NCBI RefSeq assembly: GCF_032062105.1
Contig: NW_026929666.1
Span: 248,001-312,000, forward strand
Length of the DNA stretch: 64,000 nucleotides
Direction of reading: 5' to 3'
Source of the DNA: Saccostrea cucullata
Lineage: Eukaryota
Shown here: in pieces, positions 14,358-26,700 of the stretch
How positions within the stretch are numbered: the first letter of the stretch is position 1
Layout of the letters: the number at the start of each line of letters is the position of its first letter
Made by a program: the position numbers and the translations under genes
Notes under the pieces: generated by a model
What the model was told of the DNA's origin: nothing
What the model saw: the letters and a program-made list of their open reading frames with translations, nothing else
The model's database searches: none

Positions 14358-15994
14358 ACTTTCCGGCGAGAACTTGGAGGTTAACGATCGTCCGTCTTAA
14401 ATTTGTTTTTGTGTATTCGCTAGGCAGTAATGGTCAGTCGTGGCCGTGTTATCGGGGAAAGATCAACCCGGCGGGAGTTCTATGTAGAAAGTTTATGTAT
14501 CAAATGACGTCCACAAAACACGGAAGAGAGGACGGAATCATATTTGCAGTAATTATACGTTTCTGTAATTCCTGAAACAAGCACATTTGACATTAAAAAT
14601 CGCATTGGAAGGGTAGGTGATTACATATTTCACCATTTTAGTCTGATTTGACATGAAACTTGCAAAGAGTTGTTTTATATCGTGACTTTCGTTTTCAACA
14701 GTCAAATGATTTGGAATTTTTTTTATTACACATTGAATTTAAAACGTGCAGAAGAACATGAATTCTTATTTTTTTCTACACACGTGTAAGTATATACTTT
14801 TAAGTTAACATATTGCAAAAGGATAACCTGACCATTTTAACTTCGTGAAATGTCTGGTTTTACCATTTAGATGTCACTTATTTATTTTTTTATGGTGAAA
14901 ACGTCATACCTATAAATAGTTGAAAATAGTCTTTGACATTTTTAACATTTTTAAACAGCTAGATCTACTAATAAGAAAAATGTTCTTTGCTTCATGTTGC
15001 TTCTTTGAATATGTTTTTTGGTACGTTTACTGTATGTAGCATATCCCGGGGTATGCATTGTACAGTGTAATATCATGATGTTAATACAAAACAATATCAA
15101 TATGTTGAATTGTTACACAATAAAAATGTTGGAAGAGAACAGAGAATACGTCTGACTCTATTTGTTTGAACTTTTTATGGTCTGTGCCAAGTTTTTTTTT
15201 AACTTTGCAGCTTTAATTTTGAATGTATAGATACTAAATGTAACACCCTTCCTTACCCGCCTTAAAAATACTTTTTAACGTATTTTTGTTACTATTATGT
15301 ATATTGTACCTTAAATTTTCTAATATAAATGTTTTCTTTTTTAAAAAGAATAAATAAATATTGTATTTCAACTAATTTCTGACCTCCAAATGAGTTATCT
15401 TTCTTTTCATCATGAACTATGTATGTTTCTTTGGTCTGAATATTTTTAAAACCTGTAATGTTTTCTAGTGTGTTGAATTTCTTTTTTAAATACTTGTAAA
15501 CAGTAATAAAAATAATCATAAAACGGGACCACATTTTGTTTAAGAAAACAGATAGCACAGGCGTGCCTTTCTATCAATTTTCTATATTTTATGCTTTTTG
15601 TGCAAAGCAATCTCAGATAGGTATCCATGTGCTCTATGTTTTCCAACGAGACAAAGTAATCGCAATTTTGACAAAATAACACAGAATTAAACTGTCCAAA
15701 TTGGCATTCTATTGAAGCCTACCTGTATACTTTAAATTGAAATTTTAACTAGTTGTACACAAACAATATTTAAAGTTCTGAACTGCATATTATCACAATT
15801 TTAACTGTGTTTTGAGTTTTACAACAAATGACGGACCAAATTCGACCATTACCACACCTTGTCCATTGGAGGAACATTTGAGTTCAGGTAATCAGATCCC
15901 CAGCCAGGAAGGATAACTCTTAAATTTATTATTTTATCCAAAAAGTCTAAAAATGAAACTTTAAAATGAAATCTTTTCATGCAATAACTTTCAT

Positions 15995-17275
15995 ATTATG
16001 CATATTAAGGAGTACTGTGCAACAATATATTCAACAAGTGGTGTAGATCAGATGAAGATACTAAAAAATTCCAACTTGAAGGAACTTTTAGAAAAGTTAA
16101 AGTCACAAATTTCTACCAAAATCAACAGCATTAAGATTATTTTAAGTCCAAGCTTTTTGAGATCATTGACAGCTGCTTTTTCAATTAAAATGGAACTCGT
16201 AGATTTACTTACCTTGTCGTTGGTCATTTGCAAAATTATTTAGAAAAAAAAACATTCTTATTGTACACTCAAGTATTCTGAAGTTGATATTAAAAAGATG
16301 CTTGAGTTTCTGATTGTAAATTAGCTTTGTAGTTTTTGGAGACCATGTTTTCCAACAGTCTATTGGAATTTATTTGGGTATCAATTGCATCATGCTATTA
16401 GCAGACCTATTTTTGTAATCATATGAAGCAGAATTTGTCCAAAATCTTATACGTGGCACTCAACTCGAAATTTATACACGATCGTCGACGAATTGTCAAT
16501 TAACAATTATGATTATTTCCATTCTTATGTCGATACAATATATCCCGTTAAGCTGACACATCTGTTTCATATTTGGATATTTTACACGTTAATGTATGTT
16601 TTTACTAGGTGAAAAACTTTTCAACGTCAACTTTCCTTATTTATCTAATATCACCTGCATGTTCTTATGACAAACTAGACTGTTTAACGTTCCTCTGACA
16701 CACTTTTCACCATTGCCGGTGAAGGGCTGCAAATTTAGGCCTACTCGGCACTTACGGCCTTTATTTATGCCACACCTGCTGTAATATACCTTCATCACCA
16801 TTTAGTCGTCTTTTACGACAAGCAAGGGGGTACTGAGAACCTATTCTAACCCGGATCCCCACAGTTGATTCGATACGGAAGAACATGCTCTATGTATGAA
16901 AAAAATTTAAAATGAGGCAAGTTATTGACAAACAAGTTGATAAAACGAGAATATCAGCCGTTTTCTTTTAAGTCATCATTTGATAAGTTTTATGGTCGAA
17001 ACAATGACCTTGTCAGCAAATTCAATTTATAATTATATCCTGATTGACGATTTTCATACTTATTGTTAGGTCATTATTTACTCACTGAATTCTGTTATCT
17101 CCAAGTCCTGACAAGGAGCACACGGCAGATGTGACCAGTTGGCAGGGTTTGCGCCCCCCCCCCCCATGGCACCTGATCCAATCACTGAGGTTTTGGAGGT
17201 CTGTGTTTGCTCTGCTCCTATTTTGTATTTTTAAATGGACTTTTGAGCTTGAATACTATTGTTATCTCCATATAT
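15995..17275 (+). mobile_element. Long degenerate Naiad-type PLE (RT to 3' end), interrupted by a SINE
   Basis: YCATIYSTSGVDQMKILKNS..KELLEKLKS, FQQSIGI, LLADLFL*SYEAEFVQNL, thumb remnant and 3' motif at 17090-17275. Confidence 0.85.
16680..16863 (-). mobile_element. SINE-like non-autonomous retroelement inserted in the PLE
   Basis: Body caccattgccggtgaagggctgcaaattt is shared with the copies at 39200 and 43895. 5' head on - is gtggggatccgggttagaatagg..ttgcttgtcgtaaaagacgactaaa. Confidence 0.75.
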
Positions 17276-17834
17276 TACATTTATGGTCCTTTGTTGTAAT
17301 AAGCTATCATATCTTCTGTTTGTGTTTATTTCTTTTTTTTTCTCTCTTTTTATTTTGCCAAAAAAAAAAAGTAATATTTTTTAGATACAAAAGTGTTTTA
17401 GATTATTAAAATCTTAGGAAAACCTTGAACTGTTTATTCATTTTGATGCTTGAAAAGATTAAAAATCTTATATATATATTAGGCAATGACATATGCACAT
17501 ACGTTTTTTAGCTCTCAAATATATATATTCTTAAGATTTAGATATCTTTCTTGAACAACAAAAATATCAATATATTTTTTGCAATTGATTTTTCATAAGT
17601 TATTGCCCAAAAAATTGAGCTGCAAAAATATTTTTTAGGCAAAACATCATCTAATCATTAAAGTGAAATTTTTTTTTCTTCAAAATAATTAAAATAAATT
17701 ATGAAGCTATATAGGTCTATTATCTTTTTTAAAAAATAGAGTTTAACTGCATGGATTTTTAATTTTAACCCTTATCACAACAGTTGGATGTTAAGTAGCA
17801 AGTGAAATGAAGTTTGCATGAAGCGTCCAACCTA

Positions 17835-17988
17835 TACTTTGATGAACAAGAACCTCACAGCTCAATTGTTCTGACTGCCGAGTATACATGTAAGTCTATA
17901 TTTGAAGCCAGGCACTGGCGTATGTTAACATATCCATGTGAATAAAACATGTCGAATGGGACTTAAAACAACACCCACTCAATCATCA
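17835..17988 (+). mobile_element. Degenerate SINE 3' body
   Basis: aagaacctcacagctcaa...atccatgtgaataaaacatgtcgaatgggacttaaaacaac resembles the reverse complement of the 43895 copy. Confidence 0.4.
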
Positions 17989-18747
17989 TATTTTCCCCTA
18001 GTAAAGCAGCATTAAATGTAAGTTTTCTTAGTGAGAAAATGAGGATATTTTTTTGCTTTGTTTCTAATTAATTAAGTGATTTCATACACTTATCAACAAA
18101 AAATAATGAAATTTCTTACATTAACGCATACAGCTGTATTTGTGAAGAGCAGATCACGTAACGCGTGATACTTATAGTATATCACGTATCTTTAATTATA
18201 TTTCAAGGTTAAAAAAATGCAAAAATCATCCCTATTTTGTTTATGCAGTTAAAGTGAAAATACGTGCGAAATACATGTAGACAAATAAGATAAAATTTTA
18301 ACGTTATATTTCAGATCTAGTTTTTAAATTACCTTAACAGATTTAGTTTTTAAATAAGCTAAAAGACTTTTTAAAAAAAACATAAAATAAACGAATTGCC
18401 ATTGCTTATCATGCCACAACATTCTGAGGCTGTCTTGATTAAAGAAGTAAGCAATCCTTCGAAATATTCTGATAGATTTAAAGCACGAAAAAGTCAGATA
18501 AAGACGATGTTAATGGCTTAGTAACTCTTCCTAAACGTGTCTTTTTTGCAAAAGACATTAAGATGGCAATTTTTGTTCACTTAGCTTGATAATATGCGTT
18601 TCAACTGTATGTTTTTCTGAAAATGATCTTAACATAAAATCAATTATATTTTTCAAAGAAAAAAGAAATATTCCAATGCATAATGCACTATATCATGCAG
18701 AAACAATATTTATTTCATTACAGCAGAAGAAACATTTATTATCTTAA

Positions 18748-19061
18748 GGACAGATGATACAAAAACTTTGTCAAAGAATTTGAAAATAACAACTTGGGTC
18801 ATGTTTGAATGAATAAAATGAATAACTTTTACCGCGTAGTTTTTAATTTTTTATTCAAATTTGCACAAAAATGGAATTTGAAGTGAAAAATATTGGTATA
18901 GATTAATAAGGATGGTTTCAGAAGGGCAGACTTTTGAACATCACAACAGGTTTACAATTTCTTTATATTCTAGAAATTTATCATTTGCATCACATGCAAT
19001 GTAATTAGGCCAAAAATATATACCAATCCAGGCATCCATTTTTTGTTTGTATCATCTGTCC
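18748..19061. mobile_element. Non-autonomous TIR element with TTAA-type flanks (Kolobok-like)
   Basis: 14-bp perfect TIR ggacagatgataca / tgtatcatctgtcc, flanked by ttaa and ttca. Confidence 0.7.
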
Positions 19062-19669
19062 TTCAAGGAAAGTCATACCTGGTATGTTTGTCTCACAGAG
19101 GATATTTATGTATACAATGTACCCATCTAAAATTCTGTGTAAATTTCCTATAAATAAATTCTTTTCAACGATATGAGATGTTTTCTTGTTCTAGACACCA
19201 GATCCTATCTGAAGATTTTCCAGAGATTCGCTTTTTATGTATTATTCAAAGATTCGTATAGTTTGATTGTTTATTATAGATTGGTTACTGTTCGTTATCT
19301 TAATCTCTTCATTTTTAAAAACAAAACTACCTTTAAAACGACTTGTCAATAAGCTAGCATGCACAACCCCTTGTTTAAAAATGTGCATCTTTTTTGAAAT
19401 TTTTTGGCTATTAAAATAATTATTGTTACTTTATTTCCATTTTTACAGGCTAATCGGGGTTCAATGGATATCGACTTATAATGGTAGTGTGGAACATGCT
19501 CAAGATAATCGAATCATCTTTGCAACGTAAACGTTTGCAGGTTATAATTGTTTATTGCTACATAGATAAGAAAAGATAACTTCAGGAATTAGCTGAAATT
19601 ATTAAGTTAATCAAATGTCTAGCTAATGGTTAGTTTGGCTGTTTTTCTGTTGTAAAATATCCAAATATG

Positions 19670-20320
19670 AAATATATACGATATATTCTGATGAGCTTGA
19701 GATAAAAGACACCGCAGAGTCTGACACATCTTTTTCATTCATGGATATTTTACTTGAAAAAGACACTAATGGTAATCTAACAACCAAGCCCTATGATAAA
19801 CGTGATGACTTAAACTTTTCAATCGTCAGCTTCCCTTTCCTATACAACAATGAACCTTCATCACCTTCAAACGGAGTTTACATATCTCAGTTGATTCGAT
19901 ACGCAAGATCATGCTCTACGTATGAACAATTCCTAAAACGAGGTAAATTATTGACAAAAAGTTGAAGAAACAAGACTATCAGCAGTCTCGTTTAAAGTAA
20001 TCATTTCGTAAGTTCTATGGTCGATACCATTGACTTTGTCCACAAAAACAATTTATCATTAAATCACATGCTGACTGACGTTTCTTATACAAATTGTTAG
20101 TCCATTTTTTACGCTGAATTGTCGACGGATTTTTCCGTTATTTCTCTATCATGACAAGGAGCACAAGGCGGATGTGACTGGTCGGCAGGGGATGCTCACA
20201 TCTCCATGGTACATGATCCCAGCTCTGATGTTTTGGGAGGTCCGTGTTTGCTGTGCTCCTATTTTGTATTGTTGTATGTACTTTGATATTGAATACTGTT
20301 TGTTATTTCCATATCCTTCA
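19670..20320 (+). mobile_element. Naiad-type PLE 3' half
   Basis: ELEIKDTAESDTS..FMDILLEKDTNGNLTTKPYDKRDDLNFSIVSFPFL...GVYISQLIRYARSCSTYEQFLKRGK, then a full 3' motif at 20120-20320. Confidence 0.88.
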
Positions 20321-21204
20321 TCTATCAGACTTTATGGATTCAAAGCGATATATTGAATCAAATTAACTAAGTATAATTGACTGATAAAATATCCTCCATG
20401 TATCTTTGTAATTAGCATAACTATCAAACAAGAGGGACAAACATGCAATGAAATTTCAAGTAAAAAATCAATTGTTACTAATATTCTATAGAAGGGTTAT
20501 TTGTTGATTTATTAATAATTATATGATATACATCTGTATGTTTTTTTTATATAGAATCCAGAATCAGTACAAATATTTTGAACTTTTTTAACTTTGGTTC
20601 ATGGTCATTGCTTCTAGTTTCAAAAATTTAAAAAAAATCAATTTTCTTGATGTTCAAGAATCTCTGTATTTTTGAATCACTGTTTTAGATGTTAATGCTT
20701 TAAAATTATTAAGAAAAACTTTGAATGAAAACTGAAACTTTAAGAAGCAACAATTATTCATTTTATATATAACTTGGATATATAGCATTTTACGTGTATA
20801 GTTCTTTTGTTCTTTCCTTTTACATTTCTTTAGTTCTTCCTTTTGAACCCTCAAGCCTGCAAATTTTTTTCTCTTCTCTATTTACGTGACACAAGAATGA
20901 TAACTCATTCTATTCTTATGAGCAAAGGAAAGGGGAAAAAATTCTGTAAATTATGTTGTATATAATAAGTAGTTTTTAAATTTTAACTCAGATTATTTGA
21001 AAGGAAAACTATTATTGTTAAATTATTTAATTAAACCTAGTGAAGTTCAAAAGCTTTGATAAAGAAAATGTGGAAACAAGATGACAGAAAGGATTAGGGT
21101 TGAAAAAGATTCGTTCGTAAAGAAAAGAAAATCTTCAGAAAAGTATTCAATGTAAAGTTATACAAAGAAATACATTTTATTGAAGCTCAAGGGGTCATTC
21201 AAAA

Positions 21205-21295
21205 ATACAGATCGAGCATACACAGAGCTCTAAATTATCAGAGATGGGATCAGGTACCATGCAGGAAGTAGCATCCTCTGCCGCTGGTCACAATG
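21205..21295 (-). mobile_element. Naiad-type PLE 3' motif fragment
   Basis: atcagagatgggatcaggtaccatgcagga.gtagcatcctctgccg.tggtcaca. Confidence 0.6.
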
Positions 21296-23766
21296 TGCTA
21301 CATTCTAATTTAAAGTATATCCGTGTATAAAAGAACATGTACATGTATATCACAAAATCAACATTTATCCGTGTAGGTGTGCAGTAAACATTACACTCAT
21401 TCATTTTAAATTTCCATGAATAGATAAAGACGACAGAATTTGAAGAAAAACTTTTCCAACAAATTTCTGCCAATGGATTTAAATACATTCTATCGATCCT
21501 CAAATTTTACATTTGGGATTACATGTACCTGTTTGTTATGGTGTCGTTTTGATTGACGCAATGCATATTTTGAGTGATTTTTGCTTTAATTGTATGTATC
21601 ATTTAAGAAACATAAATGCTATGGGCAAAAGACGAGGGCGTTTTTGTTTACCAAATCGTCTTTTAAACGTGATAAATACATGGGGTGTTTTTGTTAAGCA
21701 AATAAACCGTAGTACATGCATGTAAATAAAGAATAATCATTTTTTGTACTAGGTATGGAGGTGTGTTTTTTTTTTGCATGTGGGATAAAGTACGATTGCC
21801 TTTTTTATGAAATCATCGTAATAAAGGATTTTTATACCACACGTGAAAAAAAGTTTTATTCTCACATTACATCACAACCCAGTTGTTTGGGTCCCATTTT
21901 TCTTGCCTTTTATGAGAAAAATACAAGTGAAAATGCAATTTTTTGTGAATTTGTACTGAAAATTTCAGTTCAGTTTTAGCATTATTAAAATTCAAGAGTT
22001 TTATGTGAAAAAAGAAGGCATTTGAAATCTGTTTCTTGATAGGTGCAAAGCTTTATAGTATAATTAATGTTTCGAATTCGATATGTTCTTAAAACAAAAT
22101 TGAAAAATAAATTTCCTTTAATTACTATTCAGTAGTTAATTATTTACAACAAAACATTGCATTTCTCCTTTAATATTCTTAAATGTCAAAGTTATTGGCA
22201 AAATGACAAAAAGTTAAAAGAATATGCACATACGTGTACAGAACTGCAATATAAAGTATAAATTTTTTATCGATATCTTTACATTTCTCATACACTTTAC
22301 ATACCATAAATCATCGTTATCAGGTACATTGTACATCCTTCTTTAAATTTCATAACACCCGTTATTCAATTTTTGTCCATTGCATAATTTATAGCGCTCA
22401 TTTCATTCTGAGATCAATTCTTTTATTGGTTCTGATTTATTAAGTATTAAAATGAATTTTTTCCCCTGAATTTTACAATCGATACCGTCAGTTTCAGGTG
22501 CCAATACCTTTTTTTTTTCTACACGATGAGATCAAATGAGAGAAAAAAAAATGTATGTTATATAATTTTTTTATTTTTCAAGCAAGAAAACAAAGTTTAG
22601 AAGCCACGAATTCTATTTGTCTGAACAAATAAATCTAAACAAGTAAGTAGCAACAATATCAGGTCACAATTAACAAGCTAACATCAACATTCAAAATACC
22701 AAACTAAACCAAGTTATCCCCAGGAAACAAAAGTATTTGAAAAGTAAAATGAATATAAAATACCCCCAATATCTACGAAAAATCCTTGTAGCATACACGT
22801 AGCAATATGATAAGAAGACATACGAAGAAAAGACGCATTTGTACCAAAAATACACATCACTGTGAAAACAAATACATGTATCCATATATATAAATATATA
22901 CTTGTTGTATATATACAGTTTATATAAGTTTTGATTACAGCAAATTTTCTGAAATCAAAATAATTTTGACTAACATTTTATGTATCTATTTTGAGAAAAT
23001 TGCATACATGTTCTTTAACGTATATACATATGTAAATCCATTTAACAATAAATCACATGAGCATCTATCCGCCTTTCATTTATAGTTTTAAATTTGACGT
23101 CTGTAAGTTCTTCTCTGAGAAATCCTATATTATATATATCAAAAAGGCTGAAAATGTTATTATTTCCTATCTGAATTTGAATTGACTATTTTAAGTATTC
23201 AAGGCACGGTTAATGCCCTTCAGAAAATTTATGACCATAATCTTACAGGAAGTAAGTACATATATGTACATTATGGATGGTCATACCAAAGAACTCAATG
23301 TCATTGTTTTATTTATCAATTCTAACAGAATAACAATTAATTAGAGAGATAATGAAGTCAGCATGTGTATCTCAGATCGCACTTTTACTTCAAACAATTA
23401 GCTACCTGTGTACTCTTATCGGAAACAATACAAGGTGTTTACCCTTCGGAGCCTCGCCCCTGCCGTTGCATTGAAATACAACTGATAAGACAAAATATAC
23501 CTGTATACCTCTCTTTCCGGCTGATTTGGAGGTAGCCGTGATGAATTGAGGCTTTAATAACGTTATCAGAAGGTTTATTGTACCATCAAGTAGTGAAATG
23601 TTTCATGTTTGACTCAGTGATTCCATTTAAGGTTTGGCTTAATTGTGGACGATTTTAGGAACTACATGTAGAGTTGGACGACTTTTGGTTGATTATCGAA
23701 TCCGATATGACGTTTTGACTGTTTGTGTTATTGCAGTCCTTCACATAGGATCAACCATTGCTCAAA

Positions 23767-26700
23767 ATGGGGTAATTTTTTAATTCATATCATATAAAAA
23801 AAAATAACTAAATATAAACATAATCTTACTTTAAAAAGAGATTATTAATAATTATTGAAACCAACCTCTGACTATTTTTGCAGCTGGTGGAAATGAAAAT
23901 TTATTTTCAATTTGATTGAATGTTATATTTATAGTATTTTTTAATCTTAAATTTGAAACAAATTTAATCATTATGATCCCTTAAATGTATCGATTGACAC
24001 AGCTTTGCTATCACATAACTTCCTACTGCAGATTTATGTAAGGAGCGCATGCCTTAGTTTTCTTGAGAGCCCTTTATCTTTCGTTTACCGATGTGCATTT
24101 TATCGACACTATAGGAAATCAATAAAAAGATAAATTGTTTCCTAGTACAGAAATATTTGTGTAACCATAGCTGGATGCTAACATGCCTTATTTTTTACAA
24201 CCTTATTTTTTACAACAAAGTGCCATGACTGAGTGCATACATTGTGAAATATCTAGAAACGTAAATACTCATGAACATCATATGCATATATATCATTCAA
24301 ATTAACGTTCTAAAAACAGAGAGAAAAAATATTGAGATTTTTAGAAAAACATAATGCCATTGTGCACCTCTTATTTTACTTTTGGATCGGACACATATTT
24401 TGGGTTTCCTATAGAAAAAGGTGAACACTGCCCTTCTTTCTATATTGTAGAGTACCAATCTCTTATTCAAAACTCCTCCCATACCTCTAAATAAAACTTA
24501 ATGATACTTTCTAAGATATTTTATAACATACTATATAATTATACAGTAATGTCATTGAGTACCTCCTGTTTAACATTTTAATCTGACATTTATTTCGGTT
24601 CTCTCAGAGTAAAACATGGACTTTGCCATTATAATCATATGGGAGGCGGGGGTATCATTGAGCTCAGTGTTCAAAGTACCTCTAGTTACATTTGTTTTTT
24701 CGTATATGGTTAAGGTTAGAATTGCTTTTTAATACATACTCAAACAATTGGTTAATAGGTTTGTTTATGGTCTGTTTAAATGCTTAAATATCCATAATCT
24801 GACATTATTTGTAAAATGTTAGATTATCTTCACATGAAAACAATCACACTCAATATTAACGAATCCTCGGCATACATTTCACAGAATTAATTCTGGATAT
24901 AATGATTGATAAGTTATGTCACCTTTCTCAAACACAGGGCTGGGTAAGATTTTCGCGTACGGGGAGTTGACCAGAGAAAATATTTCTTATCAGAATCGTT
25001 CCCCGGAAACAGAACATTTAAAAACTGTCTAGGAGCAATAGACTTAGATATTGACAGAATATCCTTATAAGGCGGATAGATATAACATTTAAAGCTACCT
25101 AATCTCATTCCATATTCTCATATTATTTACTATAACTTTCTTTTTTGTTGTTGTTTGGAGCATGTATTCCTAAAATGTGCACATTTAAAAGGATAAACAG
25201 TTTTCTACATATAAAAAGTGAGAAAAATATATTTTTCAATAATAACAGAATTTTTCTATTCATTTGACTGATATTGAAAATTGATATCACTGCTTTTAAT
25301 GAAGATAAAATCAAAACATAATTCAATATATGTATTATATTCATATATGGCATATTCTGGGAAGAATTATAGCAATAATTTTGTTTGTGTGAAAATATCA
25401 TTATACATGTATTTTGATCAAAAGAGGGCATGGTTATTCAATTATTATTCATAAAATAAGGACCTAGTGAGGAAAACGTGTATGTAAAGCCGTAAGACAT
25501 GAAAGAAGAGGAACTAATAATGTATGATTAATTTGACAAATGTATATTAAATACATCTTACCTTTCATGCAGAGCGAAAATCGGAGCACTACTCTTTTCT
25601 ATTTTGTCTATCATCGAATATTGTTCAGGTAAGTACAATAAAATGCTAAAAAGTAATTTTTAAATCAGTCATATTGCTGTTATATACACATAATTTTGAT
25701 TGACGGGTATCAAGGTATTTATAGAATATACCATTTTTGTAGCAAATTGTACCACATTATTGCAACATAATCGCAGAATTACTATAAACGACACAACAGG
25801 TAAGTCAAATGTTACGACATAATTGGTAAGTTAAATCTTATATATCATGTTGATATTGAGATCTTACAATCATATATCTTGTACATATTAATATTTACGT
25901 ACAGGAAGAGATGCAAAAACCCAATTGTTAAGAAATGATTTTTTCTCAATATATGATGTCCATGAAAACTCGTAAACGTATGTATTTTGAAATGACATTT
26001 TAAAATCAAGAAGAAAAAAAACTGAAGATTTCATAACATTCCAGATTCCTCTTCTTATATCCAATGTGCCAAAGTAATTCAGTTTCAAAGCTTTCTTTCA
26101 ATATATTTTACCAACCATGAAAATGGGACACCAGAGTATTCTTATCTTCCTTTTCTTTGCATAAATTAACATTATTACATATTCGACTAGCAATTAGGTC
26201 AAGACGCCCCATTGTGAGAGAAAAAAATAACTACTCGTTAAAGAAATTTTTCAAATTAATTGTTCGGCCATTACTAGAATTTAAGGCCCTGAGTTTTTAA
26301 AGATTCTTTCGTTTTTCCTTATCATTGACAAGGAGCACACGGCGGGTTCGACCAGAAGATGCATAATCCTCCATGGCACCTTATCCCACCTTTGATAATT
26401 TTAGAAGTTCGTGTTTGCTCTTCTCAGGTTTTGTTAAGTGGACTTTGAACCTGAATACAGTATGTTTTCGCCATATTGCACTGTTTATAACCTTAAAATG
26501 TTATTAAACAACAAATTTTTGACAATTGTGTGTAACTCATTACTACCTGTGGGGTAGTAAACGATATTATTATACCTCATTATAAATATTCTAAACAACA
26601 CGTTATCTGCTTGGTTCTAAGTTATCACGTGATCGGGCCGTAAAACTTCATATTTCCCGGCCGTCGGCACGCTTTTCATCATATTCCACCTCTTCGGAAC

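Noticed and set aside
19741-19965. PLE-derived ORFs (also 1640-1915, 15998-16243, 1402-1620, 17131-17409, 20174-20356) as host genes or selenoprotein ORFs
   Set aside because: Fragments of decayed retroelements or translations of the 3' motif. Stops and frameshifts differ between copies, so I see no support for programmed TGA read-through.
23659-23771. Alternative signal-peptide reading VLTVCVIAVLHIGSTIAQNG
   Set aside because: No in-frame ATG and the wrong phase for the next exon; the ATG-GG reading gives a consistent model.
24823-24890. Possible extra cadherin exon (DYLHMKTITLNINESS)
   Set aside because: No good donor before the stop codon, and its phase and position do not fit the model.
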